A stretch of DNA of 64,000 nucleotides, taken from Hydrolagus affinis (Eukaryota). Of the stretch, positions 1 to 14,302 are shown piece after piece (the stretch's first letter is position 1; each line of letters opens with the position of its first letter). Position numbers and translations under genes: made by a program. Where the stretch lies: assembly GCA_012026655.1 (NCBI GenBank), contig JAAILG010000248.1, positions 1-64,000 on the forward strand, read 5' to 3'. The notes beneath the pieces are model-generated. The model saw only the letters and a list, made by a program, of their open reading frames with translations. It was not told where the DNA came from and did not search any database.

Positions 1-1515
1 GGGGTGGAAGGAGTTAGGACAGAGAGTGAATGGCAGAAACACTGGTTGAGCATAAAAATCTTATTATAAATAAAGTTCTTGGAAGGCATTTTGAACTAAA
101 ATTCCATTAGGGATAGTCAGACAAACTAACCCCGAGAACCTGTTTGTCATTCATTCCAAAGAAACATTAACAAAGACCCATTAGCAGGTCACTCTTCACC
201 TCAGGGGCCAGGAGGGTCAGGCTGAGATGTATTTTCTGAGTGTCAATTACTTAAAGGCTAGCTGTGCGGCACAATAGCAAGGTGTGGGATTGTGTTTTCA
301 ACTCACTTTAGAGACACCTGTTATCAGCCAGATCACCATAAATAGGTCTCAACCAAAGGTCAGATATTTCCCCACAGGAAGAGGGATTGTTACAACACAG
401 AGCCTATGGACCATTAAATCCGGGCTAGTGTTTTTCTTCACATGAGCCATATAATCTGATCCCACATTCCTGCTCACACCCTTTATCTTTAAGATTCCTT
501 CTTTTCCTAAAACGTTAAAAGGAATTTATAGACTCTGCCTCAACAACCCACAACATTTATTCTGAAAATAAATAAAATCTCCCAGGGTCAAGCAACCCAG
601 AATACTCTCAGATGTCTAGTATTGACAGTTTATTCAAGACATGCATTAGCAGAGGCCTGATAGCAGGTGCTACAGAGACCTAGCAGGTTAGGGAGGAAAA
701 TGTCTGTGTGTTTTTTTTAAAAAAGGACAACCAGGTTCATCCACAGCATTAAAGAAATCTGAATGGGGTTTCTTCTTGTAAACTAACCAATAATTTCCTC
801 TCCCCCACACATATATACAGCAAAAAAATTATGAAACACCTTCTGTCTGCTTGTCAGACACTGTTGTGTGCAAATTGGCTGCCTTGTTCATCTACAAATG
901 CAAGCATTACACTTTACAGTGAAATCCTGTGAAGCGCTTTGTGACATTTCAGCAACATGCTAAGGCATTAAATCAAATGCATAGATGAGTATGATTATTG
1001 ATATATATATATTTCTCTGATCTACACATTCAATGTTATAAATTCCACATTTTTACCCCAATGATTGCTTCATATTCTTTCCAGCTCATAACGGCTGTAA
1101 AAACTTTACATCACTTCTCTATTTAAGTGACATGAATAGGTGAAAAAAAGCTCAATTTGGTTATACAGTAATAAACCTTGCATTTGATATAGTGCCTTTC
1201 AAATAGGGAGGACATCAAAGCATTTCACCTGATTTTGTTGTAGAGTTTATTGACTATTTTGTAGGCAAATGCTGTAATCAATTGGTGCACAACAACTTCC
1301 CACTGGCCATCATGAAGTGAACAACAACGATGTGCATTTATATAGTGTCCTTCGCAATGATGGAGCCCAAATTACCAATTTTATCTGGGAAATACTTGGT
1401 CCGGACCCAAGGAGAAACTTCATTCTCTTTTTTCAATTGTGGTGTGGGATCTTTATGTCCAACTGAACAGGCAGAATGGATCATAAACTTCTCACCTGAA
1501 GCACACAGCCTCTCT

Positions 1516-1820
1516 AATAATAATATAATAATCCTTTCATTTGATATAGCATTTTTCATGTCTTCTAAACATCTTGAAGCGCTTCACAGAATATACTGTA
1601 AAGTGAATTGACTGTATATTTGTGGGTAAAACGCGGCAGCCAATTGCACACAGCAGCGTCACACAAACAGTCGTGGATTGAAATGACCAATTTTTTTTTC
1701 AGGGATTATTATGAGGCGGTGTGGTGTAAGGAAACTTGCCCAAGGTTTGGCCCTGCCTGGATTCGAACACAGTTCTCTCGCTTGTAAAGCGAGTGCTCTT
1801 AACGCTGTAGGACTCCACAA
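1516..1820 (-). mobile_element. tRNA-headed Deu-domain SINE (family A), near full length
   Basis: tRNA-like head, core GCTGTGTGCAATTGGCTGCC, L2-like tail ending in (ATT)n; many copies in window. Confidence 0.85.
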
Positions 1821-4625
1821 TGCAGTACACCTCCAGGACTGCGCATTAAGGTGCCAGCCTGCACTATGTGAGCTCAAAGATTTGACTGAGGCTTGAACTC
1901 TTGAAAGTGCTATCATCAAGTGAGCCAAACTATTGATTCACACAACAAAACATCAGAATCTTCCGTAACAAGACCTTATGAAATTGAACATGTGTATTGA
2001 CCCAAGAGTGAACATTCCACCGAAATAGGGAGCCAGACTTTTGATATCACAATCAGTCCAACATCACTTAACCTTCTGAAAGCCCTGGTTTAAATAGGAA
2101 CCATTCTCCTCTTCCTGCAAAAACTGCTTGATCTCAGCTGCTTGATCTCAGCTGTTTTCTCCAGATCGTAAGGCAGCACCTTCACACAGGAGGAAGGCAA
2201 GCTTCTCTTTCACTTCTCGCTGTTGAGCTGAAAAGTGTGTGTGTGTGTGTGTGCTTTTCATAATAAAATGACAATCACTTGACATCTCTCTGGTTACTAT
2301 GTTTCCCCCCCCCCCACCACCCCCCGTGACCGGATTTCTAACTTTCTCCGAATTAATGGTGAATTAAGGTCATGCAAACTTAACATCAAAGACAATTTGC
2401 TCAGAAAAAAAAGTACAGGGGGTTAATTAGTTAAGAGTTAGTTAGTTGTCTCTTTTGTTTAAACACTTACATTTCGTTTCTTTTCCCACCCCCACACACA
2501 CACAAAAAATTCTTCGTTACAGTCCTTCCTTTCTTTGTCCAGATGGAAATGTAATGCAGAGAGAGCTCGCTTCTGGGGGTTTTCACTCTTGAGTTGATAT
2601 CCCTTTTTTTCCTCTCTCTCTCTCCGGGACATCAAGTGGGAAAAGAGGGAGGGACAAATGCAGAGGGTCGGTGCTTTTCTTCGCCTTATCAGCAAGTGAT
2701 ATGAGAGAGAGAGAGAGAGGAGAGAGACAGCAACCTGAGGTCTGCACGGACGCAGCGTCCAGCACGACTGCAGCTCTCTGCCCTGCGGCGCAATTCATTA
2801 TTATGGTCTTGTGCATTTCAACCGGTCCATTTGATCCCTGTGACTGCAGGCGGAGAGGGTGCTCAGTGCTGGGTTCAGGCGAAGGACAAGCCTGCTTTCT
2901 GATTAAAAATAATCTTTTAAAACTCCGTTCAGATAGAGAGACACACAGAGAGAGAGAGGGAGAGAGAAAGGGGGAAAATTACTATACAATTATAGTTGTG
3001 CCTGCCCTACATCCTAGAGAAAGTTTGGAAGCCTTCGTTAACTTTTAAACTGTTACAAGACGTCAATGCACTGCCCTTGACTTACAAGAGAGAGGTCAAA
3101 AACAGGGTGGGGGGAGCTTAAAATTAAAGGCTCCTGGACTGAAATCGTTCTTTACAGAGCTGTCAAACGTGAGTGGTAAAGTTTAGGGTTTAACATTTGC
3201 CACCAGCATGAGGGAGACAGATGGACAAACCATTCAAGGAGATGTTGAGATACCTGAGAGTGACTGTGCCATAAAATCGAAATAGGTGACATGCTTTTGA
3301 ACCAAAACCGAGGGGCTGTGTTCCCTCAAACGTATGTCACACTTATTTCTTTCTAATGTCCTGTGAAGATGTTTCAAATATATATGGTTTTGCTGAGTTA
3401 TTCTAATCATTTTCTTAATTTACAGTTGAATTTATTTGGCCTACAAAATATACAGATGAATATATTTTACACGACAAGTTTCAAAGCACTTCACACAACT
3501 GACTGGGATCCCAAGATGGGAGAGTAGGGTTTGGGAGATTAAGAAGGCGATGTGTGTGTGTGTGTGTGTGTGGAGGGTGGGGGGGGAGTGGGGGAGATAG
3601 ATCTTACGGTGGACTTTAAATGTAGGGAGGGAGGGGACCAAACAAAGCGACTTGGGGATGGAGTGCTACAGAAGTGAGGCAGAATGGCTTCATATTCAAT
3701 TACCAATGCGGTACAGGTGGGCCAGATGTGGATCATGAAGAAGGCTGGTGTTTGCTGAGTGCCCAGCGCTGGAGATTGGCAAACGAGCACAGAGGTAGGA
3801 TGGGGTGCATAAGGCCGTGGAAGGATTTGGATATGACGATATGGATGGTTTAAATGCTTTACAGACAAGGCAACAAATTTAAACAAGCAAAATATATGCA
3901 CTCATTAAAAAGACAGAAGTACACTAGAGTAAGTGTAACGTTTGGAGAATCTATTGAATTTGAGTAAACAGGGCGGAAAAGACTAGTGTGGCCATCTTCA
4001 CGTATCCTAAATCCAAATATAATCATAATCAATATAATTAGAATAATATTAATAACTAACTATATCCCCGCATAACATATGCGTCCTAGTGTTTTTGAAC
4101 ACGTTTATTCATATATTTTGAAACTTTTTAAAATAATGTATTTGTTGTTTGCAAAAAAAAGGGTGAGCTTTAATCACTGGGTTGTTTTCCTTTTTTTGTT
4201 TTGTTTTTAAGCTGTATTGGTTTTTGTTTTCCTTTTAGAAGTTCATTATTACAATTGCAAAAACATACCTAAGGTTTATATATATATATATATCTAGATT
4301 CTTTTCAGGAGAGTGTCTCAAAGCTTTTCATAGAATTTACTGTAACGTGTAATATCTTGCACATGTAGTACAAGTGTGTAGTATCTTGTAGGCAATCTGT
4401 ATCAAAAGCAAACATTATCCCATTAAAAAACAAACTGCTACATTCATTACAAACTCAGTTACCACAATTCACCATAAAATCCAGGTGAAGTGCTCTGAGA
4501 TATCTTGATGCCATGACAATGTGTTGCATCAATTACAAGGATGACTCTTATTCTTACGGATTCTGCATCAACCATTGGTTGGTAGTGCATTTCCAAGCTC
4601 TGGGAGCACTTGACAAAAATCATGT

Positions 4626-4930
4626 ACAGCCTGGTACAGCTTGGTACACTCTTGCCTCTGAGTCAGAAGGTTGTGGGTTCAAGTTGGGACTTGGAATAAT
4701 CACATAGGGTAAGCTGATACTCCAGTTCAGTATGGGTAGGGTGGGTTGTTGCATCATCGGAGTTGCAGTCCTTCGGATGATTTGTTAAATCTCTTTTCTG
4801 CCTGTTTGGGTATTATTAAAAAAAAGAGAATCTCTTAGAATTGTCCTGACTAACAAATTCCTCAAATAAAACTGGTCACTTACTCCAAGACTGTATGTCC
4901 CATGTTAATATCTCTGCAATACATCCACAA
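4626..4930 (+). mobile_element. Older SacSINE1-like Deu SINE (family B)
   Basis: Head CACTCTTGCCTCTGAGTCAGAAGGTTGTGGGTTCAAG, shared with copies at ~9355, ~22978, ~55600 and ~58610. Confidence 0.7.
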
Positions 4931-4949
4931 AATGCACAGAGAATTTAAC

Positions 4950-5245
4950 AGTATAATAATTCTTATCTTCGACATGTCTCAAAGCACTTCACAGAATATA
5001 TTGCCAAGTGAATTGACTGCATTTTGTGGGCAAAATGTGGCAGCCAATTGCGAACAGCAGTGTCCCATAAACAGTCGTGGATTCAAGTGACCAATCTTTT
5101 TAAAGGGAATATTGCCCCGGAAAATCGATCCGCCAATTTACTTACAATTGGGTTCCTACTTACTGCTAGGAAAACAGAGGTATGTGGAATAAGGAAACTT
5201 ACCCAAAGTTTTGCCCTGCCCGGGAATAGAACCCAGCTCTTATAT
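4950..5245 (-). mobile_element. SINE family A
   Basis: Colinear with the 1516-1820 copy. Confidence 0.8.
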
Positions 5246-5284
5246 CATGTGAAAAGGTTTGAGATGTCTTGATAACGTGATAAG

Positions 5285-5512
5285 GCAACAACAACAACAA
5301 AATTGCACTTATATAGCACCTTTCACGTCGGGAGGACATCCCAAAGCGCTGAACAGTCTGGTCGGGACCCAAGCGGGGGAGGTGGGGGTGGGGGAAGGTC
5401 GAAGTAGGGAGAAGGGGAAGGAAAGTGGGAGAGGGTGAAGAGTTAGTGGGGCAGCCGAAGGCGTGGTCGAAGAGGAAGGTCTTAAGACCGGCCTTGAAGA
5501 GGAAGCGAGGTG
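5285..5512 (-). mobile_element. L2 LINE 3' end
   Basis: (CAA)n tail plus L2 3'UTR and end of ORF2 (FKAGLKTFLF). Confidence 0.8.
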
Positions 5513-5590
5513 GACCATAAGTAAGGCTTATTATTATTATTAAGAAAAACGTCCTCATTTGAGTTATGGTTTTATGTGGCGAGCAGCTTT

Positions 5591-6490
5591 GTCCCCAGGG
5601 CTCTGTCCTTGGCCCTCTCCTTTTCAACATCTATATGCTCCCCATTGGTGACATCATCTGCAGATATGGGGTCAACTTCCATATATATGCGGATGACGCC
5701 CAACTCTATCTTTCTACCTCCATACTCGATTCCAGGACCACTGCTGACTATCTGTCAGACATCAAGTGCTGGATGTGAGATAACCTTCTACCATTGAATG
5801 TCAACAAGACCGAGGCCCTCTTAATTGACTCACACCAGTGCCTCTACACCTCAGATACTGGCAGCATCATCCTCCATGGATGCACGCTCTACCTCACCAA
5901 GCCAATCAGGAAACTAGGGTCTTGTTTGATCTTCAACTTTCTTTTCTCCCCCACATCCATGCCATGACCTACTTTGCATTCCCTCACATCCGCAACACTG
6001 CCCAACTCCGCCACTACCTCACCCCTCAGGCTGCTGAAACTCTCATTCATGCCTTCATCACTTCAAGGCTCGACTATGCCAATGCCCTGCTTGTCAGCCT
6101 CCCCAACTCCTCCTTCCATCTGCTGCAGATCATCCAGAACTCTGCAGCCCGTGTCCTCTATTGCTCCAAGCTCTGTGACTCTAGCATCCCCATTCTCGCC
6201 CTACTCCATTGGCTTCCCATCATTCAAAGGATTCAATTCAAGATCCTGGTCCTCACCTTCAAAGCCCTCCATGGGCTTGCCCCCACCCTACCTCTGCTAC
6301 CTCCTACAAACCTGGCTGCTCTCTTTGCTCAGTGGACTTCAGTCTATTCCACGTCCCCCGACTCACCCATCCCACCATTGGCGGGCTAGCCTTCAGCCAC
6401 TCTGCCCCCAACCTCTGGACCTCCATCCCACAGTCGCTCCGCCTCGCCCTGTGAAAGGCGCTGTACAAATATCATTTTGTGGTTGTTGTT
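5591..6490 (+). mobile_element. L2 LINE, 5'-truncated, frameshifted RT C-terminus
   Basis: [58 protein letters not shown]. Confidence 0.92.
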
Positions 6491-6856
6491 ATCATAAACG
6501 AAAATACCGTTTGTAGAAGGATTTCCACCTAAATACTAGCCCCAAAGTAGTCCAATATTATGCATTGCTTCTCGCTATGGGCAGCAGGTTTAGGTCAATG
6601 TCTTCACAAAAAGTCTTCGAGGAAGCTGGAGAAAACACGTTTTGTAGGTTTAAATTACATTTTTTTAAAAAAAATTAGACACCTGCCCAAAGCCTTTATT
6701 ATCACGCACAGGTCAGTCAGCGACAAGAAGAAAAACACGCCCAATTGGGCGTGAAGCCGCCCAAAGTCTGGCAATGTTAGTCGCGTCACCAGGCGAGGTT
6801 TACGGCAGTGTCGCGAAAGGGTAGCCCGTGTTGTTCCGGGCGGGGAGCCCCGTTCA

Positions 6857-6890
6857 CTCTTTTTGCTGTTGGCCAACGTGAGGAGAGGAG
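6857..6890 (+). promoter_or_regulatory. rps16: rps16 non-coding exon 1 with 5' TOP/TCT initiator
   Basis: Pyrimidine tract CTCTTTTTGC typical of ribosomal protein gene starts. Donor GAG|GTGAGC at 6891 and acceptor tctttctgcag at 6991, 4 nt before the ATG. Confidence 0.7.
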
Positions 6891-6995
6891 GTGAGCGGCG
6901 CGAGCTCCGGGGATGAGGGGGGCGCGCGATAGTAACGGCCATTCACGGCCAGTAGCCATTACTCACTCTCTCTGTGTGTCTCTTTCTGCAGGACG

Positions 6996-10174
<3,179 letters not shown>

Positions 10175-10195
10175 ATGTTATTTTTTTTGTGACAA

Positions 10196-10201
10196 AATAA
10201 A
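10196..10201 (+). terminator. rps16 polyadenylation signal AATAAA
   Basis: AATAAA 21 nt after the stop codon; short 3'UTR typical of ribosomal protein genes. Confidence 0.8.
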
Positions 10202-10530
10202 TTTGTGACTATCATCTAGGCTGATTTTCTGTTAATTCTATTACTATCCTTCCCTGAAAACATTCTGTCCCATTGCCATAATTTGATCTTGTGTAATACC
10301 CAAATTCCCCCCCCCCCTTCCCTTCACCCTTTCTTCCCCCAGCTCTGGTCTGTCGGAAACAATGACTGTGCCTTGGGACATCCTGACATGAAAGGTGCTA
10401 TACAAGTGTAATTTTGTTGTTGTGTACATCATGATTTTAAAATGTAATGCACACACATTTAAATCATCTTTATACCATAGTGTGGAAAAATGTTGAAAAT
10501 TGTTGAAATACTGAGGGGATAAGACACCTC

Positions 10531-10922
10531 TTAATAATAATAATAATAATAATCCTTGCATTTGATATAGCGCTTTCCACATCTTGTCAACGTCCCAAAG
10601 CGCTTCACAGAATATACTTTAAAGTGAATTGACTGTATATATTTGTGGGCANNNNNNNNNNNNNNNNNNNNNNNNNNNNNNNNNNNNNNNNNNNNNNNNN
10701 NNNNNNNNNNNNNNNNNNNNNNNNNNNNNNNNNNNNNNNNNNNNNNNNNNNGACCAATTTTATTATTGTGTTTTTTTTGGGAGGGATTATTATTAGGCGT
10801 GTGGAGTAAGGAAACTTGCCCAAGGTTTCGCCCTGACCTGCCTGGATTCGAACACAGGTCTCCCCAGCTTGGTCTCCCCAGCTTGCAAGACAAGTGCTCT
10901 AACCACTGAGCCACAGGAGCTC
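10531..10922 (-). mobile_element. SINE family A spanning the N gap
   Basis: (TAA)n tail left of the gap, tRNA head right of it; internal 14-bp tandem GGTCTCCCCAGCTT. Confidence 0.85.
10652..10751. other. Assembly gap (100 N)
   Basis: Run of N inside a SINE copy. Confidence 0.99.
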
Positions 10923-12029
10923 TTATCATGGATCCACAGTGATTTTAAAGGGACAATGTTTTTGTGGCTACTAAGCCAATTTAAAAGACTTCAATGCATC
11001 ACAGACAATAATGATTGAAATGTTAGATATATTGTACATATGAGAGTTTATCCAGTTACTCAGGTTGTGCTGCAGAGAAAGCTCTCAATTTTATATTCAT
11101 TTTCTGTTCTGACCTACTTGGTTCAGCCATTGGACCTCCCCACCTTAGATGTCCTACTTAAAGGGCTTTTTATCATTTCAAATAATTCGCCAATAGTTCT
11201 TAAATGTAGTAGATACATGAGAAGTTACCAGGATATTGTGAGATACAAACTGGTATTTTAAGATGCAGACCCCCATATGAAATTCTGTGCATCGAATCTG
11301 GCAAGTGATTATGAACTTTTGGAAATTGTTCTATGACAATGAATGGAAATTGTCATTGTATGTGATGTCTGGGGAAAAAAAGCAATCCAGTCCTTATTTA
11401 TTCGAAAGCCAATATGTATTCCACTTTGACCGTCACACTGGGCAGGTCAAACCGGTGCTTGTCCGATGTCAAATGATGAATTATGACAAATGTGGGAGGG
11501 ACGGCGTGGAAGGGGAGACCAGTCACTCAATCCTCCCATCTCGTTCATCCTTTCAGCCAAAACAGCCTAACAGATAGGGAGGAGTGTCCTAGTTGGACAA
11601 GCAGTGGGAAAGCTTGCCAGGCAAGCTATTTGATTTAAGTTGGTTGGAGTCCAGCAGCACCCCAACACCATACTGTGCCTACTATGTCCTGGGAGTAGAG
11701 AAACAGGATCTGTCCCTCCAAGGAGAGAGTGCATTCCATTTCCACAATGTTATCTCTGGAGTTGTAGATGGTTGCACGGAATTCTCAATTTGGTTTGGAT
11801 TTTTGCATGTGTCCCCAGCTGACTGAAACAACACGGGGCATTCCACATTTAACAATATCTTCTGAAGTGCTCGACATTTCGATTTAACCAATGCAAGGAT
11901 TATTATTATTTACTCTTGAAAAAAATTCTCATAATTTGCCCTTGAATTTCTTGCTAATTACCTGTATCATAAATTGATGATCCAGTCACTGACTCACAGA
12001 CAAGTGGAAATAACTGCACATAATTTTAG

Positions 12030-12470
12030 TCCTGTGGAGTCCCGTTGCGTACTTGCTAGCGTTGCTTTCCTCGTTAGCGAGAAGACCCGGGTTCGATTTC
12101 TGGACAGGGCAAAACTTGACAAATTTCCCAACTACACACATCTCTGTTTATCTGGCTGTATGTAGGAATCTGCTTGTTAGTTGATTGCCAATTGCTTTTC
12201 CAGGGGGTAGTAATCCCTCCAAAAAATATAAATGGGATCACTCAACTCAATCCATGACTGATTGTGGGACACTGCTATACACATTTTGGCTGCAGTGTTT
12301 AGCCCACTGTACAGTACATTCTGTGAAGCGCTTTAAGGCGCCTCGAAGACGTGAGAAGGTGCTGTATTAAACGCAAGGAGTATTAGTATTACTATCCTGT
12401 GAAGCACTTCGAGACTTCTCAAGGACGTGATGAAGTGCTGTATCAAATGCAAGGATTATTTATTATTATT
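12030..12470 (+). mobile_element. SINE family A, diverged, with duplicated tail
   Basis: Head TGTGGAGTCCCG and two successive CTGTGAAGC...AAATGCAAGGA tails. Confidence 0.75.
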
Positions 12471-14223
12471 AAAGACTCCGTTTTTCCTGTAACCTTCTCT
12501 GTTCCAATACAAAAGCGCTCAGTTCCTCTAGTTTCTCTTCCTCTAGTTTCTCTTCACACTGTAAAAGTGGAGATACTATGTACAAAGTGGGTGGTGTATA
12601 GATACTGTCTGAACTCAATCCTCAATATGCAATATTGTGGCTTTTTGTTGCACCACGAGTGCAAAGTTTCACTTACGAGATAACACCGGCAGACTGAATG
12701 TTATAAACATGTTACGCACTTTTCACGTAAATTGTGAGTGTTTATTGGATTCTCTCTAGAGACAATACCTTTTAAGTTTTGAATGCTTTCCAGAAGGCAG
12801 GTATTGTTCATTGTTTATTGTATTGACTGACTAATGCAGGTGGTTTAGAAGTTAAATAACGCGTGGAAAATACTACGAAATTAGGTCAAAGTTTTGTATT
12901 CAGAGGAAATTGATAAATTCGTCCATTTATCTCCCTTTCAAATACAACAACATTGGGAGTAAACTATTTAAAGCATTACATTCATCATTGACAAACAAGC
13001 ACATACTCGACAATGAAATTATGTTAACATTCTCACAGCGCACAGGTCGTTTTTCGTAGACTAGCACTTGGGTGATAAAGAGTTATTTGCGGTTCAGTAC
13101 CAAACACATTATCAGATGAAAGAAACGGGTTCTGCTTTTTTAGGATCCACCCAATATTACTTGTCTTGCACAATAAAGCGCGAATGATATTGGGAAGTTG
13201 GGATATATTCGCAAAAGTACGATTTATAAAATCTAGCCATGGGAAAGGTTGGTTGAGTGTCACCATCTGGTCAATCATTGTTCAGCTATTTTCACTGAGT
13301 ATTAAGATGTCAGTTATCTTCTTTACACCAAACATATTATAACGTTTTATCAATTTCCCCAAAAAAATATTTTGTTGGGGGCAGATAAGGTCCATAATAC
13401 ATAATGTTTAAACTAACACCAAACAATCCCGAAAACATGTTCTTTCGTAAAGATATGTATTAAAACTAGGGTTTAATAATCACTGCCTTCGGTTTGTGAG
13501 CAATAGAATTCAACTGTTGAAATACCGTTTTTCGAAATAAAAACCTAAAGCAAATACCTGGTGAAATGTCAATTCATTTGATGGTGTAACTATCTGTTTT
13601 TCTCGTGTGTGAGTTGAAACTCTTTAAGTTAGATGAGATGTGCCTCCATTTCTGTTTACAGGGGAGGGAGGGTGCACAGGCTCCTCCCGAGAGAGACAAA
13701 CACAACTTAAAAAACAGTCATAGTCATTGTTATAGGATATACCCATCGCAGAAGTGAAACTTTAAACATTTGTAATTTAGTTTGTGAAGAACACGTTGCT
13801 TTATATTTGTGAAAAAAAACGAACGGTGAACAATCTAGCGAGATCCCATATGATAGGACACTAGCTTGTGAAGAACACATTGATCTAGGGATTTTGTTTT
13901 GAGAGAGGCGGACACGAAATTTAGGATCAGTTCCACTTGAGGGCTGTTCTTGCGTTAGCGTCACTTCCACAACCCTGCCCTTTCCCAAGCCAGGACTCTT
14001 TGCCAATGAACTTGAGTTTGCATTCTTATCAAAGGAGTTTTCGTAAGAATTCAGCGCTGGTTTCTTAACTCTTTTCCCTCCCCACAAACCATGCTTCGAA
14101 TTTGCTAAATTTGGAAGCAAAACGCAGTAAGTTTGACAAGCATTTAGTCGAAGATGGTATTTTAGATTCAACTTGTCTGGAAAGAACCTTGACTCTTTGG
14201 GTTCACAGCGAAGTCCTACTGAG

Positions 14224-14302
14224 ATGAACATTGCTCCTCGACTGAAATTAATGATACCCTGGCGTGTGCTGTTGCTCTATTCACTTCTTCAGTTGTTTCA
14301 AG
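14224..14302 (+). CDS. otogl: otogl coding exon 1 (signal peptide)
   Basis: [26 protein letters not shown]; donor gtaaga; upstream acceptor cacag at 14208. Confidence 0.9.

Noticed and set aside
2123-2154. Short direct duplications (also 12526-12555, 33570-33610, 56165-56212)
   Set aside because: Ordinary slippage duplications with no array or spacer structure; not CRISPR-like.
5566-6516. Several 70-183 aa ORFs as a host gene or active retroelement
   Set aside because: Frameshifted, truncated L2 reverse transcriptase remnants.
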